The notes below the pieces were generated by a model. The model saw only the letters and a list, made by a program, of their open reading frames with translations, had not been told where the DNA came from and did no database searches. From Raillietiella orientalis (taxonomy: Eukaryota): 64,000 nt of DNA. The DNA lies in the NCBI GenBank assembly GCA_036172245.1, contig JAYWIR010000097.1:1-64000 (forward strand). The letters are read 5' to 3'. Positions 47,101-62,100 of this stretch are shown here, piece by piece (within the stretch, counting starts at the first letter, position 1; every line of letters begins with the position of its first letter). Position numbers and translations under genes: made by a program.

Positions 47101-50100
47101 ATATTTGGCTAATGTTGATTGAAGTTTGCCTTTATTCGCTCACTTGTTCAGACAAATGATTACTTGTAACAAAGATAGCATATTTGCCTATCACACGGAT
47201 AGACGAAGAACAAATCAAAGCGCAAGATTTTTCTTAGTTGAAGTAACTTTAAGGTGCAGAATTTTTGCATGTCTATTTCAACGGGATAAACTTGGATCTA
47301 CCTGACAGAGCATGTGCCATTTGGAAGTACCAAGGAAAACATACAAGGACTGTAGCAATTTTCCGACTCTTCGTATTCTGCGGTCCACTTTGCAGATTCA
47401 TGACAATCTGTCTTAAATGAAATTGTATCTACTTTCGTGCATCGTGGATCATCTGCAGATACATTATTCACCTTCGAACAGAAATGGTATTGCTTACATT
47501 TTAGTGTGAATTCCCTTGACATTTCCTTGTATCCTTGATCGTTTTCCACCTTACAGTAATATGTTTTGTTTGAAAGATCTGTAAGACGGCCGCTTATTCT
47601 CAAGTAAAGAGGCGACTCTTCAGCTCTACGGTGATCATTGGTTTATTGGCGTGCGTTCAAACAGTTTAGCGCCAAGAGTTTTTGTATCTTACGCATGAGA
47701 AATCATCCGAGCACTTTTGTCTGTTCCAAAATAAGCCTGGAAAGGTGTATCAGAATGCACAGTACAAAATAACGTTGTGTTCCAACTCTTCATTTGTGGA
47801 GGAAATATTATTTTGACTTTAGCTTCAACTGGAAATAAAGAGATCAATCCCAGCGTTTGTAGTTATTAGATTTGATGTGGCTCCGCAGAGTATTCTCTGC
47901 TGAAACAAAAAAGCCTCAATTTTGAAAAGTTTGGAATAGTTTGCAAAAACCTATGCCTGTGATATTGTGAAAAGCATCAAACACTGATGTATTCCAATGT
48001 AAAGAGGAATATGCATAATAAGTTGGTAATGAGGAGACGGATGGAGAGCTTACCAGGCTTTCCACAATTACGCGGAGTCTTATGGAGGAAAAAGTCTTAC
48101 TTCCTGCGTTTTTGCGCATCGTGGAATTCCGACATGCTGACGTTCGAAGCTCGAAAACTTGACAAACATGGCTTCATTTGCTAACCGAATGCGTTCCAGG
48201 CGCGAGCCTCTTGCCACTTCAGAATTCACTGGGAGCGAAGAGTTGAAGGCAAACTTGACCATTCTGCACCCTTTTTTTGCAGTCATTCAAGGGATGATCA
48301 GCCAACCGTTTCGAAACATGCTCGTGCAATAGTGATGTCTCATGGTTGTGTCGATTTTAGAATGAAAAGTTTCATTCATAGGAACTCTGCTTCTCACTAA
48401 TACCGCCCCCATTACTGATAACATTCGCAAACTTTTGAGAAAGGATCATAAGAAGCAGTGCATGCGCTTCGTTTTCATATGAGAAATACTCTTGAAATTC
48501 TACCCAGTTTGTCCGTGTCCCATAGATAACGGTAGTTTTGCAAATAATCTATTTTCAGCGATCAAAAGGGTGGATCCCTTCATTCGAAGTTGGAGAATTG
48601 GAAGTTACAAAATTGTGAACTAAGGAAACAAAGTACAAAGGCTTTTGATACTTTTCATTCGCGTTTCGCAGAGTTGAAGAATTGCAGAGTTCTGTTCCCT
48701 CTCTCTTAAAAAACAATCCGTGGTTGATACGACAGAAAAGACGTTTCGATTCCGAAAACGGGAGAATGCTGCACTGCGACAAGGGAAGCTTCGTGAGGAG
48801 TGGTATCTCTGAAGATGAAGAACGAGCTGTGAGCGAGCACGGTGCTTGGATGCAAGATACCCGCTCATGTGAAGGACTCGATTTCCAGCATCAATTAAAC
48901 TTTATGCTGAAAATCGAGTCCATACTTGATGCTGTTCAAAATCTCAGTGACGCAATTTATAGCATGAAAACACTCCGAAGTTGCCCTGAATCGAAATCTA
49001 ATTTCTCCATAACTCCATAAGAAAAAGAGGTTTCCAGAAGCTTCAAACCATAATGAAAGATGGTGCGACTCACTAACATTGGTTTCAATGGCTTCTTGTG
49101 AAAAGTGACCCTTTTCGAAAGTCGCACTCATATTCCAATGCAAATAGAACGAAAGGATAGCATATTGATCAACATTCCAGAAACATGTCTAAAACAATAT
49201 CTTTCGCTGTTTTCATAAAGGCGGTGGCACATTTGTGTCAGCTAGGATTATGCATCGATTATGCACCCCGTGCATCGTCATGAAAGTAATGTGACTAGTC
49301 TTGATATGGAAAATGGCCTTAGAGTAATTTCGTCCTGCTGATGTGATCAAATCTGACACCTGACATCACAGACGTTTGCACACATTTGGGATACAGAAAT
49401 TATCATAGAATTCCATAGAAAGGAAATGCTTGGATTCTTACGTTTGTAAGGGATAATGCGTATCGCAGTTTCCACTTGTCGTATAAATGGTGTGCCTCCA
49501 GCAGTAACTCCTCTGACCTACAGGAACAGCAATATTTTTCTGTAAGAAAACGTCGTTGGAACAGCAGAGAAATAATGAAATAAATTTGGCGATTCGGACC
49601 GACCGGACAAAAGTGTATGGCGGAATGCACTTTTACCTCGCTAAGCTTGGAGAGCTATACGATAGTTCTTCCAGTTATCAACCGAATTCGGTATTGAATA
49701 GCTCATTGAAAGAAAAGAGGCAAAGAGAATCGCATGCAAGAAGAGCAACACAGAAAGTAATTAATGCGTTAGTGGTTTCTTTTAGACACAAGGGAAGCCA
49801 AAATGCAAATCCAAAAACGCATTATAATTTCATCCCAAACAGCAAAAGAGAGCAGCAAACGATTAGTGTGACGTCAAACGTTCAGGAGACTTTTATTTCG
49901 ATCTCTTTCCTTCATCTTCGTAAAGTAGTGTGCAGCTTTCGAGTGCCGTTAAGAATCGGAGCCCTTCTGCATCAATTCAAAAGACTGGAGCGTGAATTTC
50001 GGTACACGCATCGCTTACAATCAAATGAACGCATGTAATCGAATACGTCTAATTCGTTCTTCCTTGTTGTGTGGAGAATTTTCAAGCTTTCGCCGTTATG

Positions 50101-53100
50101 CTCAATTCGGTTTCCCACCAAGTACAGTTTCAAAACACTCCTCCGAAACTGACCCCGTGTTGCAAGTGAAACCGTTCAAGCTCCGATTTCAGATTTCCAA
50201 AGTAAAGCTGAAAATAAAGCTAAAGACCGATCAGGTTCAGTTTCTAGAGGAGTTTTGAACACTTCAAGCTCCTAGCTCAGGGAAGATTTGTCGTAAGGAT
50301 AGTCGAATCGAATCGACCGCAGCGCTCAGTTTTTCTCAGAAAGATTTGAATGCCTTACAGCACAAGCCCAAAAAAAAACACGGAAAAGCCTGTTCAGACC
50401 CTCATCACGGATACAAGTTGGCAGGCATTGAAGCAATCACAGATGTGGGCAAATAAGCAGGCAGTCTTGATGAATTACTGTGCAGCTATTTAGTGAGTAG
50501 TTGCCACTCGAATGTCGATAGTCGTCATCCCGGAAAACCAGCGTTCGTTTCCATGCTAAACTATGCGGAATTTTTTCATAATCTCGCGATTCGGACCGCA
50601 TAAAAGTGCCAATGTCAATTCATTGATTTCATGCAAACTTCATTCGCTCGAATATCTCCTATGAGTAGCTACTTCCCTTGATATTTCGTGTAAATTAAAG
50701 AATAGCCAAAAATTACTACCTTTACGTAACCATAGTCGATCATGACACCACCAATTGTGTAAAGCTTATACTCGAGGTCTTTTCGAGGCTTCTTTATTTC
50801 CATTTTCAAAATTCCATTTCGGTCATAGATTTCAACCGAGGAGATCAGTCTAACTGTATCAAATGGCATTGGATAGAGGAAATAATCCAAGTTGGCCATT
50901 CCTGAAAACAGATGAGTTGTCCTTCAGCTCTCACGCTTTACCATCCACGAATGCTAATTTCATTAGCTATTTTCATTTTTTTCTGAAATAAGCATCTAAA
51001 GGCGATTGTCCATCACGCATTCAATTTATGGTCCGCACAAGGTTCACTAATTTACGGAAAAGTCAACTCCCGAAACTTTCGCGTGAGTTCTCGAATTTCT
51101 CACATAATGTGAGAAAGCATTGGGTGGTCAAAGTTGGTTTCTGATTCGCTGTTTAACCTTTCCCCTCCTGTTTGCATGTCTTCTTACGTGAGATCGAAAT
51201 CTCTTGGCAAATGCTTTTTAGTGTATTTCTTCAATGCAAAAATTACACGTTAATGCATTCAATGAACAATTCCCCAATTCCAGATACTTCATGTGTTCAC
51301 CGATTACCAGAATTCTTCCATTCAAGCAACAGACATCGTGCAGGCATTGCCTATAGTGCATCACGCACGGTTCATTAAAACTATAAGAAACAGTAGTGCG
51401 GCTGCATACTTCCTTTATTTTAACTCCTGTTCATCTTCGAGTGTAAAAAAGAGGATTGTCGATGAACAACGACATTTTGAAACGCTTCATGTCTAAGTAT
51501 AAATTCTTTGCTGCAGATCTCAACTCTATGTGTCAAAAACCGATAAATAAGCAGCTGAAATCAAAAACTGTTTCATTATCAGCTGTAACAGACGAAGCCA
51601 TTTTTTCTCTTTGCACCAGCAGAAATCCCATTACCATGAACAACATCCCATCGAAAGTCATCGGAAACATCTTAGTGCAAGATTGAAGAAGACGACCTGC
51701 AATGTACCTCTGCTGGAAAAAACATCCCGAAATGATTTCAAAATGGGTGCAACTCGGCCCTTATTCCTCTTAGCTACTAGAAAGCTGTGTACAATTGGAA
51801 TAGGTTGTTGAAATTCTTTGACTTGTAGCTGCGATCATCAGAATAGGTGCAGGTATTTATAATTTATCTTTGGTTTCATTACGTACAATTACTCTCCTTT
51901 AAACGCATGATTCTAACACTTGCATATACAATAAATCATGAAATGCGCATGCATGGCTGTGATTTTCCACAAGAAAAAATAAAAATGCAGTGCTGCTATA
52001 TTAATGAGTAGTATTCGAAAAGTTCCCTGAAAGAACTATGGTGAAAGTGTTATAGATGATGAAAAATAAACCTAGAACTTTATACTGCAAGCACAGCCAG
52101 TCTACTAATTTTTCCTTCTTGAAATATACATTCCTTTCTGATGCTCTGTCGCAACGTAAGATTTATGTGCTCCCAATCTGGCAGGGTGCTAAATTCTCAA
52201 AGTGAATTCAGTTAATATGTAATCGTTACTGAAAATGAACATTCTCTCTCCTGGAACCCAAGTGTTTTTAAGACGTCAGAACACTGTTGGCCGGAATCCT
52301 TGTAGATTGTGTGCCCTTATTCGATTCACAGGGTTTAACACTTTCACTTTGATAATGCACTGGGAATAACTCCCGCACCTAGCATCTCATCCGTCGAAAA
52401 TCTGTGCATCCTCCCCGAATACATCTTATACTCAAATATGAGAAATTCTCCTCTAGAAAACGAATCAACTCATCTTTTAGAGGAATTGTCCAAACAGCAG
52501 TTTGCTTCCTCGGAGAGACTTTTTTTTCATCATACATTATGATGAGGCCTCCATTTTCGCTGTGGCCTTATAAATTCCTCAAAGTGTTTTAGAATTCATT
52601 TCCAGATATCGATTATGGCTTAAAGTTTGACGGGCAGCTCACACTTGCAGCATTCTTAAACATCTGACCAGAACTTTCCGACTCTTCCTTATGCTTCTTT
52701 CATTTCCTTTTAGCACCCTTTGCCAGTACTTCTTACATAAAGACCGTCACAGATATGGAGTCAGTAATATCCTTTTCGCTGTAAGCAATAGCACAATCCA
52801 CAATCCGGCCTTCTCATCACGCAAACATATCAGTGATGAGATTTCCTCTCTTTCAATTTGCATGCCTGTTCGTCTCTGGGAAGGTTCGTGAAAAACTAAT
52901 ATTCTCTCACTTTCGGTCTTCAGAATACACTGTTGTCATTATGCAGATGCGGATAGGAAGAATTCCGCATCGTTCGCAGCGATGATTCCCACTGCATCCC
53001 ATTCCTTCCATTCAACAATCCTGAGAGATTTTTTTCAATGGTACGGAGCTCGCTTGTCGTTCCCAAGACATTAGCAGTTGGAATTCTGATGTTTTCTACC

Positions 53101-56100
53101 GAGCTTTTCATGAAGACGAAGGATCATATATCGGACGAAAATTATTGTTAATTGATCTCCCTTGCAGAGAGTCGAATACGTCATAAAATATATCTACAAA
53201 AAGCAATGGAAGCACTTATTGGATGTCTGCTCTAAGTGAAGAAGCACATTACGATGCAGTACTCATACCTGTTGGAAGAAAAGGAATAGCATCAATCAAT
53301 GGAATCGGCGAGTGTCCAAACCCTCCATCTATCTCTAATCCTCCAAATCCTCTGACTTGGAAGTAACATATGAGCATTTTCTGAATCATCACTGTGACTG
53401 TATGTTTTCCGGTGACGGGACTTTGTTCAGTATACACAACTTTGCCAAAGTCAGTGTGCCTTTGTTCAATACTAAAGTTGGGCTTTTGAAATGAGATATC
53501 CATTTGATGTAGGATTAAGTTATATTCGTCAGGGACAACAGGAGATAGAATCATTTCCGAACAAGACAAAACAAATGTGTAATTTTGAATGGTGCCGTCA
53601 ACATCAAAAGAAAAAGTTTTCCTTTCGGTGCTTACTTCGTAATGGATTAAATCGGAGTATAAATGAACCTGAACGATGTAATCGTTGAGGGTCTAAAAAT
53701 ATGGAGAATCATATCAGTCTAAACACAAATGAATGTCATCATGCATGGAAATATCTCAACGTTGAGAAGAAGCAGGAATTTATATGATTAAATAAAGCCT
53801 GCTTTTCGATGGATATTCATTTTACATGGCATTGGCATAATTTTGGTTCCATCTTTTATACCGTTCCGTACGATGCAAAAGCACTTTCTGTTTTCTAATT
53901 TCTGATATTAATTAATTAACTAATGTAACTATATTTGAGCAAAAATTTACCTGATTCTAATACTGTTATGTAACAAAAATATGTGTATACATTATGTATT
54001 CATTATATAATTATATTAATTTTATTCCTGATTTTGACTATGTTATTTACAAGAAATCTTAGAGATAGAATTAGAATATTCTTCTTTTATTTATATCAAA
54101 CCACAACTGTTTTGCATAACGATAATTTATTATTAATATATAATACACTTTAAAATTTTAAATCATTACAATTACCACTACTTCAAATGAAACCATTACT
54201 ATAACCCGCTGAATCGTAATCTTTAAGAAAGTAACATTAACTTGAAATAAATCTTATAATACCTCCAAACCACGCAACCCAATAATCTATCGCTATCATA
54301 GCCGAATTCAACTACATTTCCTCATACATAGCAATCATTTTATTCAACCCATCAACATCCAGTATAAATACCAATTTCACGCTAAAGAAGCAAGACACGC
54401 ATGCTTCTAAAATATTCATTCAAATACACACTTCACTATTTTTTAGAACTTTCAAATGCATCTGGTTCCATAATCCAGAGGAATTTAGTTACAGGGAAAT
54501 CAGAAATACAATCCTTTTTTTATTTTATACTTACTGCCAAGAGTTTTCTTTTATGATTTCGTAAATATATCCCTGCCAAAAGCAAATCATTGAATATCAA
54601 AACGAAGGTGAAATTCCCAAAGTATATCCTGCCCCATTATTCCTTGTGCCTGTTCAACAGAATGGGTGATTACAACGTAAATGATTCCAAATTCTCAGAA
54701 ACTCTGTAATGCAATTTCTTGGCTGAGGCATTATTATAGTTTTTGTTTTGAAGAACATAAAGGTTTATATTCACTGCTTTTGAGCAGCTCTGGATCCTTG
54801 TCTAATATTACCGTTCAACCAATTTGCATAATTATCTATTCTAGTAGATGGACACGCACCGGCTGTACATATATTAAAATTGAAGTTGGTCAGATTCCGA
54901 GAAGACTGTGCCGTTCAGATACCAGGCAGTTTTCCGAAGATGCTCGCATCGGATTCTGCAAGATTTGTTGATTCAAAGTAGACAGTGCCTGTGGCCATTT
55001 CAATTTCACCCTATTCCAAACGAGAATGCTTTTCTATATTTCGTGGTTGGCACTTGATTTTCAAGCTTGCGGGTCACATGGCAGGCCAAATGCCAAAGAA
55101 AAACCACTTTCATCCGAAGAGACTTCTTGACATGCCGTTTGCGTAGATTCGGAAACACAATTGCATCGAAAGATGCTTTCGATCCGCAAAGTGATGCCTG
55201 TGGAAAATGACCTTTTGTGAAATATGCGCCTTAGCGATTAGAAACAAAGTTTTCCAGAGTCTTTCATTGTAATTACCAAGGAATTACCAGTTTTCATAAC
55301 AAGAGTTTCAACATCATTCATCACTTCTCGGTACGTTACTTAGAAACTGAATTGCATCTAAAATGCATAAGCTTTCGTGTTTTCGACACGTGACAATCAG
55401 CAGATTTTTCGTATGAAATTCAACATACCGATTCGGGAGTTTTGAACTTTCCTTCCATCGGTAGAGAATTCTGTCTTTTGGAAATTAGGATTTCTCCTGC
55501 TATAATATAGTCTTCTTGACGACTGATTCGCGATTATGCATCTCAATTTTCCTTCACGAGTCAGGCTCCTTTTCGGCATTGAACATTCGTCCGAGTCACT
55601 TTTGCCTCCTCTCTGCTTATCTCAACTTGAAAATCGCTTCTTTTCACAGTGCATACCTCAGTCAGAATAAACTGCCGTGCATTCCTGAGTTGACACCATT
55701 TTTCCTATCTCAATCCCACTAACTGTTAAGCTCAGTTCAAGTCTGTACTCTATTGAATGTACAAGCAAATTGTTAAGCTCTGCGACCAAGCAACCACTCT
55801 TGCAAAAAAAAAAAAAAAAAAAAGACATCTTCGATCTATAAAACTTTTTCTTCGTTTTTCTAGAAAGTGTAAGTTTGTGCAAGACTTTCTGGACTATTCG
55901 TTGAAAACTTTTTCTCGAAAGTTATTTGCTATGGAAAAAACAGTCATGACAGCATGAATGAGTCTTTTTTGTTTTACTCAGAATTGTATGAAAGAAATGT
56001 ACTCTGTTTCATTTTGAGGGCCATGCCACTCTCGATTCAGCGTGATACGGGCATTTAGAATCCAAATCAGACTGAGCGAAAACGAAAACGAAGAAGGGAA

Positions 56101-59100
56101 AATGAAACTGCTAGCGCTATCATACGCCGTTTTGCATTCTCCCAGTGCAAAATAATTATCTGCAGTAAACACGAGAAGTTTCAGATTCCAGCACCCATCC
56201 CACACAGCTGATTTGCAAACAAACTCGAATTCAATTGTCTTTGTTTACCTTAGCATAAATCTTAAGAAGTACCTTCTGTCTCTCAGCGGATTCTTCGAAA
56301 CCACCTGCATGGAGCCTCTGATACACAAACTCTCTGTTGTATTGGATATACGGAACTCTGAAGCACGCATCATGCAATGTTTAGTATATGTACCGCCGAT
56401 GCAGGTAAGCAATGTTTATTTCTGATCCTTGGCTTTCTGTTGTCATAAGGGGCATTTCATCAAGAACAAATACATGAAAACTACGTGGGAATAGAGTATA
56501 ATAAGCTCTCTGGTTTCTTCGAATAGAAACTTTGGTTATTACTTTCGCTCTAAATTGTTTCTTCCAAATTAGCATACCAAATACAACATAAAAGGAGGTA
56601 GAAATACGTTCTACAAGTGCTTCTTTGGCTGCAATATCAATGCATCCTTACAGTTTCCGAAAGTAGGAATCACTTTGTAAAGCCAAACGTCATGTGCTCA
56701 CCGAGTTCTCTTCAACTTTTGTGTGCACAGGATCTAGGATGAAGATTCTGCGTTCTTTACAAAGACAAGTGCCTCGTTGATTCCTTCTCCAGGATCATCC
56801 ACAAATAGTAAACGTTTGTTCGCAATGATACCGATCGATTGTCTGATATTATCCAAATAATTTCCTGCATCTCAGTCAACTTGGATTTCTGTCTTCAGAA
56901 TGCTTATTCTGAAGCAGAAATCGCTTTTGCATTTCTTTCCTTTCACCTTCTATGAGTTGTTTTTATGAGTCAGTAGAAATTGAAACCATTCCTCTCTCGG
57001 TTGATTCCATCTATGAGTCTTCATTTTACCGAATTCATTAGCCATCTGTCCTGATCAGTTTTATGAACGACCGAAGATGTCTCGCCATAATGATCTTCCG
57101 TTAAGAGGTCCACTTTTTCGATGCTTTTGCTCCATTATTAGCGATTCGTCATGTATGTCACTGAGAATTTTGCAATTATGTTACTGTCTATCTCTTGGAT
57201 TAGCACACAGTTCTTTCAAATTCAATTTCAAACAGAAAGATGAAGGCATCCCAACTGCGGTCATAGGATTTCCGTGACTGAGTTAGCAGGAGAATCGATC
57301 ATTGGAATTGAGATTCCTCTATGCTCACAATGTTGATTCCTGACCATTTTGTATTGCTACAGATGCTTCATCGGAAAAAACTGCAAGTATCTAAGTTAAT
57401 CCATGTTCGCAAAAAGGGAAAACTAGTAATGTGATAACCTCACCCTGTGTTTTCAAATTTTAGAATGTGCACATCTATCTTGTTAGGATCTGTGATCAGC
57501 ACAATTCCAACATGATGAAAATATTTCTTACATAGATTAAGTTTCATCAAGAGCTCATCACAACAGACTAACAAAAGTGGATCTCCAGGTTTGTTAGTCT
57601 GTTTGCCTTACACGTTGCTTATAACGCACTGGACACGTATTCTCACTTGAAACAGCTTTGATCGCAAGGCATCATTAGTCAGCCAGTGCAGACGATTAGG
57701 AACTCTTATTCCTGCTAAGCTTCCCTCAGTGAATGATCTCAGAAAATGTTTGCAGAAAAAATGGACAGGGAAAAGCCAAGGCTCTATTTAGCAAATACCG
57801 CTTCTCAAATTTGGGTCTGTTTTTATTTGGACGTATTAATAGGGCTATCAAGCACAAAAATAATGACCGAATTACTTTAAGTATCGATTTCAATATCTTG
57901 AATTTAACACGAGCAAGACTGATGGATACTGCAGCCAAATATTGGCATAATAATATAACTGAATAAATTGGAAAATAGTTTTTGTTTCAGATAAAGCTTT
58001 TATTATGGAAAGAGGTTAAAATTTCCCCATTAGCATTGTGAAGAAAGCTCTTACCCTGTGGATCTGCTGGACAAGATGATCAAATACCAGCACCAGGGAA
58101 GTACTGGATTGCAGTAAGTCATGACTCAATCCACTATAGCTTGTGGTGCGCTCGGTCATGTGTACGAAAACATACTGTAATCAAAGAAATGTGAACAATG
58201 CAAATCTGTGATCCGTTGAAAGATTCATTATAATACAGTGATTGCGATGAAGCAGCATCCAGCGCTTTTATAACGTAGCAAATGAGAGCGAGACCTGTAA
58301 TCATTTTGTTCCATAATTGACGCAAACTTTAAACAAGATTGGAAGATTGGAAGGGAAGTGAATCATTACGACAATGATAAAAGCTTCTCTCCGTGATTCG
58401 TAAAATAATTCTCCACACCGCCCATCGTGAAAATACCGGAAAAATTCACCATTGGCATAAATCGCTATTTGCATTCAATGCAGAAATCCAAAATTGAAAA
58501 ATGTGAGCTGATTTGCAGGCACTTCAGAGCAAATGGGAATACTCTAGATGGAGATAACTGGAGTTCGGGGTGGATATTAGTTACATGAGCAGAGCAGTGT
58601 TGAAATAAACGTGGAACCCATCTGAACCCACATGTTCTCGGGAAGATAAGAGGGGAAAAAGGCAAACATCAGTGGTATGCTTGAATAAAGAATGCAAGTA
58701 TGCAGACCTAGTAATTCCCACACTGTCAGAGCATTCTGTTAAACCAGGAAACCTATCTCTATAATTACGTATTACGAGAGAAGATGCGCTGTTGTCTTAT
58801 ACAAAAGTAATCTTACTCTCTCCGTGTCATACACTGCGTGTGCGCAACACGGGGTATCCAATAGAGTGTGTTTCCTTAAAAAGAAAAAAATGAAAAACGA
58901 ACTGTTAACTTGAATGCTAAGACTGACAGCTTCGCTCTTGTGTGCTCTGAAAACCGCTGCTTAAGAAAGGAAGGAGACGACCTATAGCACAATGCACATT
59001 CATGGAAAGTTACAAAGCATGAAACCACGCAACGATCCTGATCACAGATGTTTGCAGAATAGTTTGTGGAATATTCGAGTGTAACTGTGTTCACCCAATA

Positions 59101-62100
59101 CTGAGAAACAAAAAGACCATCAGATCGGCATCACTGAAGCAATCTTCATTACAGCACGGGAGCTAGTAGAGAGAAAACTTCTGAAGTGATTATCCAGGTT
59201 GAACAGTTGAACGAGAAGACGATCCAGAACTCAAAGTTCATTAAGAAAAAACACCAAAATAGGCTTCAGAAATCATTGTAGAAACGCAGTTTTCGATCTG
59301 GACATCTGTAATCCTAAAGTAATCCATTTTATTCACGTATGTTTCAATCCATTTTGAATATATTCTTCAAAGTAGTCCTTATCTTGGAAATTACATCCAA
59401 AGCGAATATGAAACCGTTTTTCTTGAAGTTCTCTGATTAAGATTGCTGCTCATATGCTACCTCTGAGTGATGTATATTCTCATCGTATTTTACCCTGATG
59501 TGCTTAGACATGCTATTCGTTTTTCATACGTCTTACTGTTGGTCTTTCCATACACTCGGCTTGTTTCATACTACGATGCTTTTCTCACTGTATATTTCTC
59601 AGTGTATTCGTTTCTTAGTTTATTAGTATGAATTCCTTCTACCTTTATTTTCCATTCCAGGGATTCCTTCATGATTTTGGGCACACGATCCTTGTATCTG
59701 CTAGCTGCATCAGAGAATATCATGACAAAAGACCTGAAATGTCACATTAATAGCGATTACATTCCAGAATTCTTAATTTTTCAAAAGATCCTTTTGCGTT
59801 GATAGTAAATGTCATAGCCAACACGGAAATATGTGCATATGGGAAATAAAAGTACGCACATCATGAACGAATGGATTGCCTATACTCGAAAAACTACGTT
59901 AATTGTCATTTCATTTTCCCTGGAGATCTGCATTTTTATATTACGAGCAGTGCTGTTTCCGATTCAGCTTAGAATGGCTCTTATTTTGACATTATCGTTA
60001 TAATCCAAGAAGATAACGAGAAACTAGGTGAGCAGCTTTCCGTCATGCAGAAAAAACAATGTCTCGATTCGTTTTCCAGATTTGAAACCCTGAAATTCTG
60101 CAAAGTTCCGAGAAAAAAAACATTCCCTTGGTCAGCTGTTTCCCGATAAGAATATTCCAGACTATATTTCTTTTCTGTTGCCTTACTGTGGTCCATCAAT
60201 CATAGTCAACCAATAGCACCCCTTGAAAACATCTTGACTACAATCCTCAATCTGATTTGCTATTCCTGGTTTTCTCGCCTTCATCTCCGAAAACATTTGA
60301 GCTTTCTTCAGAGCCAACTGTCCTTATTGGATATTCAGGAATTCTTCGGAACTTTGGGGAAATCTGTGCTTAATGGAAGTGCTACCCTCGGAGTCCGAAC
60401 TCGAATGAGCAGCAAACATTTTTCTTTTTTTTACCTTAAAGTTTGTTTCCCAATATACGCTTATCTCTTTGCAGTTTGCTCTCCTTTTGATTTCCATTGA
60501 AATATCCATGATGCTTATTGCTTGCATCTTCCCTCAGGATAATTATTGGGTAGGCTTGCTGGAATATTTGTTTATGTTTAGTTCTTGAGCTCTTTTGTTT
60601 TTTCGTTTTTGGAAAATTGGGATTCATTTACATGAGATTGCATTACACATAAGCTTTCTTCTGATGTGGCAAGCATTCCAATTTGAGATTTCCATCTTCT
60701 CAGGAAGGTAAGACTACCATACTTCAAATTTCGAACGGCCGCTTACTTTTTTTTTCTCTTTGTTTGTTTTCTCGCTATTCTGAAACTTTGTGTTCACGTT
60801 CTTGGCTAAGCATTTTCCAATCTTGCACTGTTCCAACAACCTCACTTAACCCTGATTTTTTGTCACCAGATAATAAAAGAATACTCGTACATGGTTTTGA
60901 AACCTCCTAAATCTTCTTTCCAGCACACAGGACAGTGTTTCACTGCATTTTTGTACATGAATTCGTTTTCCACCACTTCGACTTCGAATTGTCTTCGCAA
61001 TGAATAGGGAACTTTTCAGATTCAATTTTACGAAAAATCGGCATATTGCGTATTGTTTTTAATTCATGATATTGCGGCATAAAAGGTTCTGCAACTTTTA
61101 ATTTTCGTGGTCATATATCATTTAATTAGCCAACTTTAAAAACTGAGCACCCATATGGATATAAGCACCCATTTGGGGGAAAACCGTTTTCGTGTTTTAC
61201 CAGTGTCAATGTTTTCAGAAAAGTTCGAACTGTCTCCTTCAGAGGAAAATACTCTAGAAAGTCGTTCTTTGGTTGGGTTTTACGTTCTTTTTTGGCATGA
61301 TTTGGTTCATATTTTCTTATTACGGAATTTATTCTCGGTTAGTGACGCATACGTCCAGCCTCTCGTTTCCGGCGCTACATTTGAATCCTTACATTTCTTC
61401 AGTATGAAATCTTTCCGAATTTACAATACGCAGCAAACCCTTCTGCAGAAAGGTTGGCTGCATATCGTAAATTCGGGAATTTGAATTTGTCTGGTTTTGG
61501 TTTGTTTCTTTATAAAAGAGAAACGATTTAACAGCGTTCTTCTTAACCGAAACTGTCTGTGTTTGTATTTCCCTCATTCTATCCTCTTGGACGTTCCATG
61601 TTCAACCTGTGATTTTGATGCATGCAATCATTTGAAACATACAATTGTCTGAATGTCATAATTATTCTGATTTTGCTGATAAAGCGCGTGCAATACCGTT
61701 TTCCATCTGCAACTATCCCTCACTTGTAGTTACAGTACGCACACCATAGTTCTCCCAATCATGGAATGGGGCATTAGAACTGATCAAGATATCTCCTTCT
61801 CAATAATTTGTTCCGTTTTTATCAGCTTGTAAAAGCATAACATCATGACTTTGCCTTTAGAAGCCTTCGGTGTCCTTAAACTACAAGAACAAGGAACAAT
61901 CTAACAACCTACTTTCCGGTGCATAACCATCACACGTGAATGATGTAAATGTTGTGATGATTTGATTAAAACTCCAACGCTTTTGGGAAATATGCATTTT
62001 TAGAATTCAGATATCACAGAATTCCTAATGTAGAAAATTTTGATGCATTGAAACTATAGTTTCATTGAATTGAAGATTTGTTGGCAGAAAGTTGTTTGAA

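Noticed and set aside
51096..51116. Palindrome TTTCTCACAT-A-ATGTGAGAAA
   Set aside because: Isolated, with no associated feature or second copy seen.
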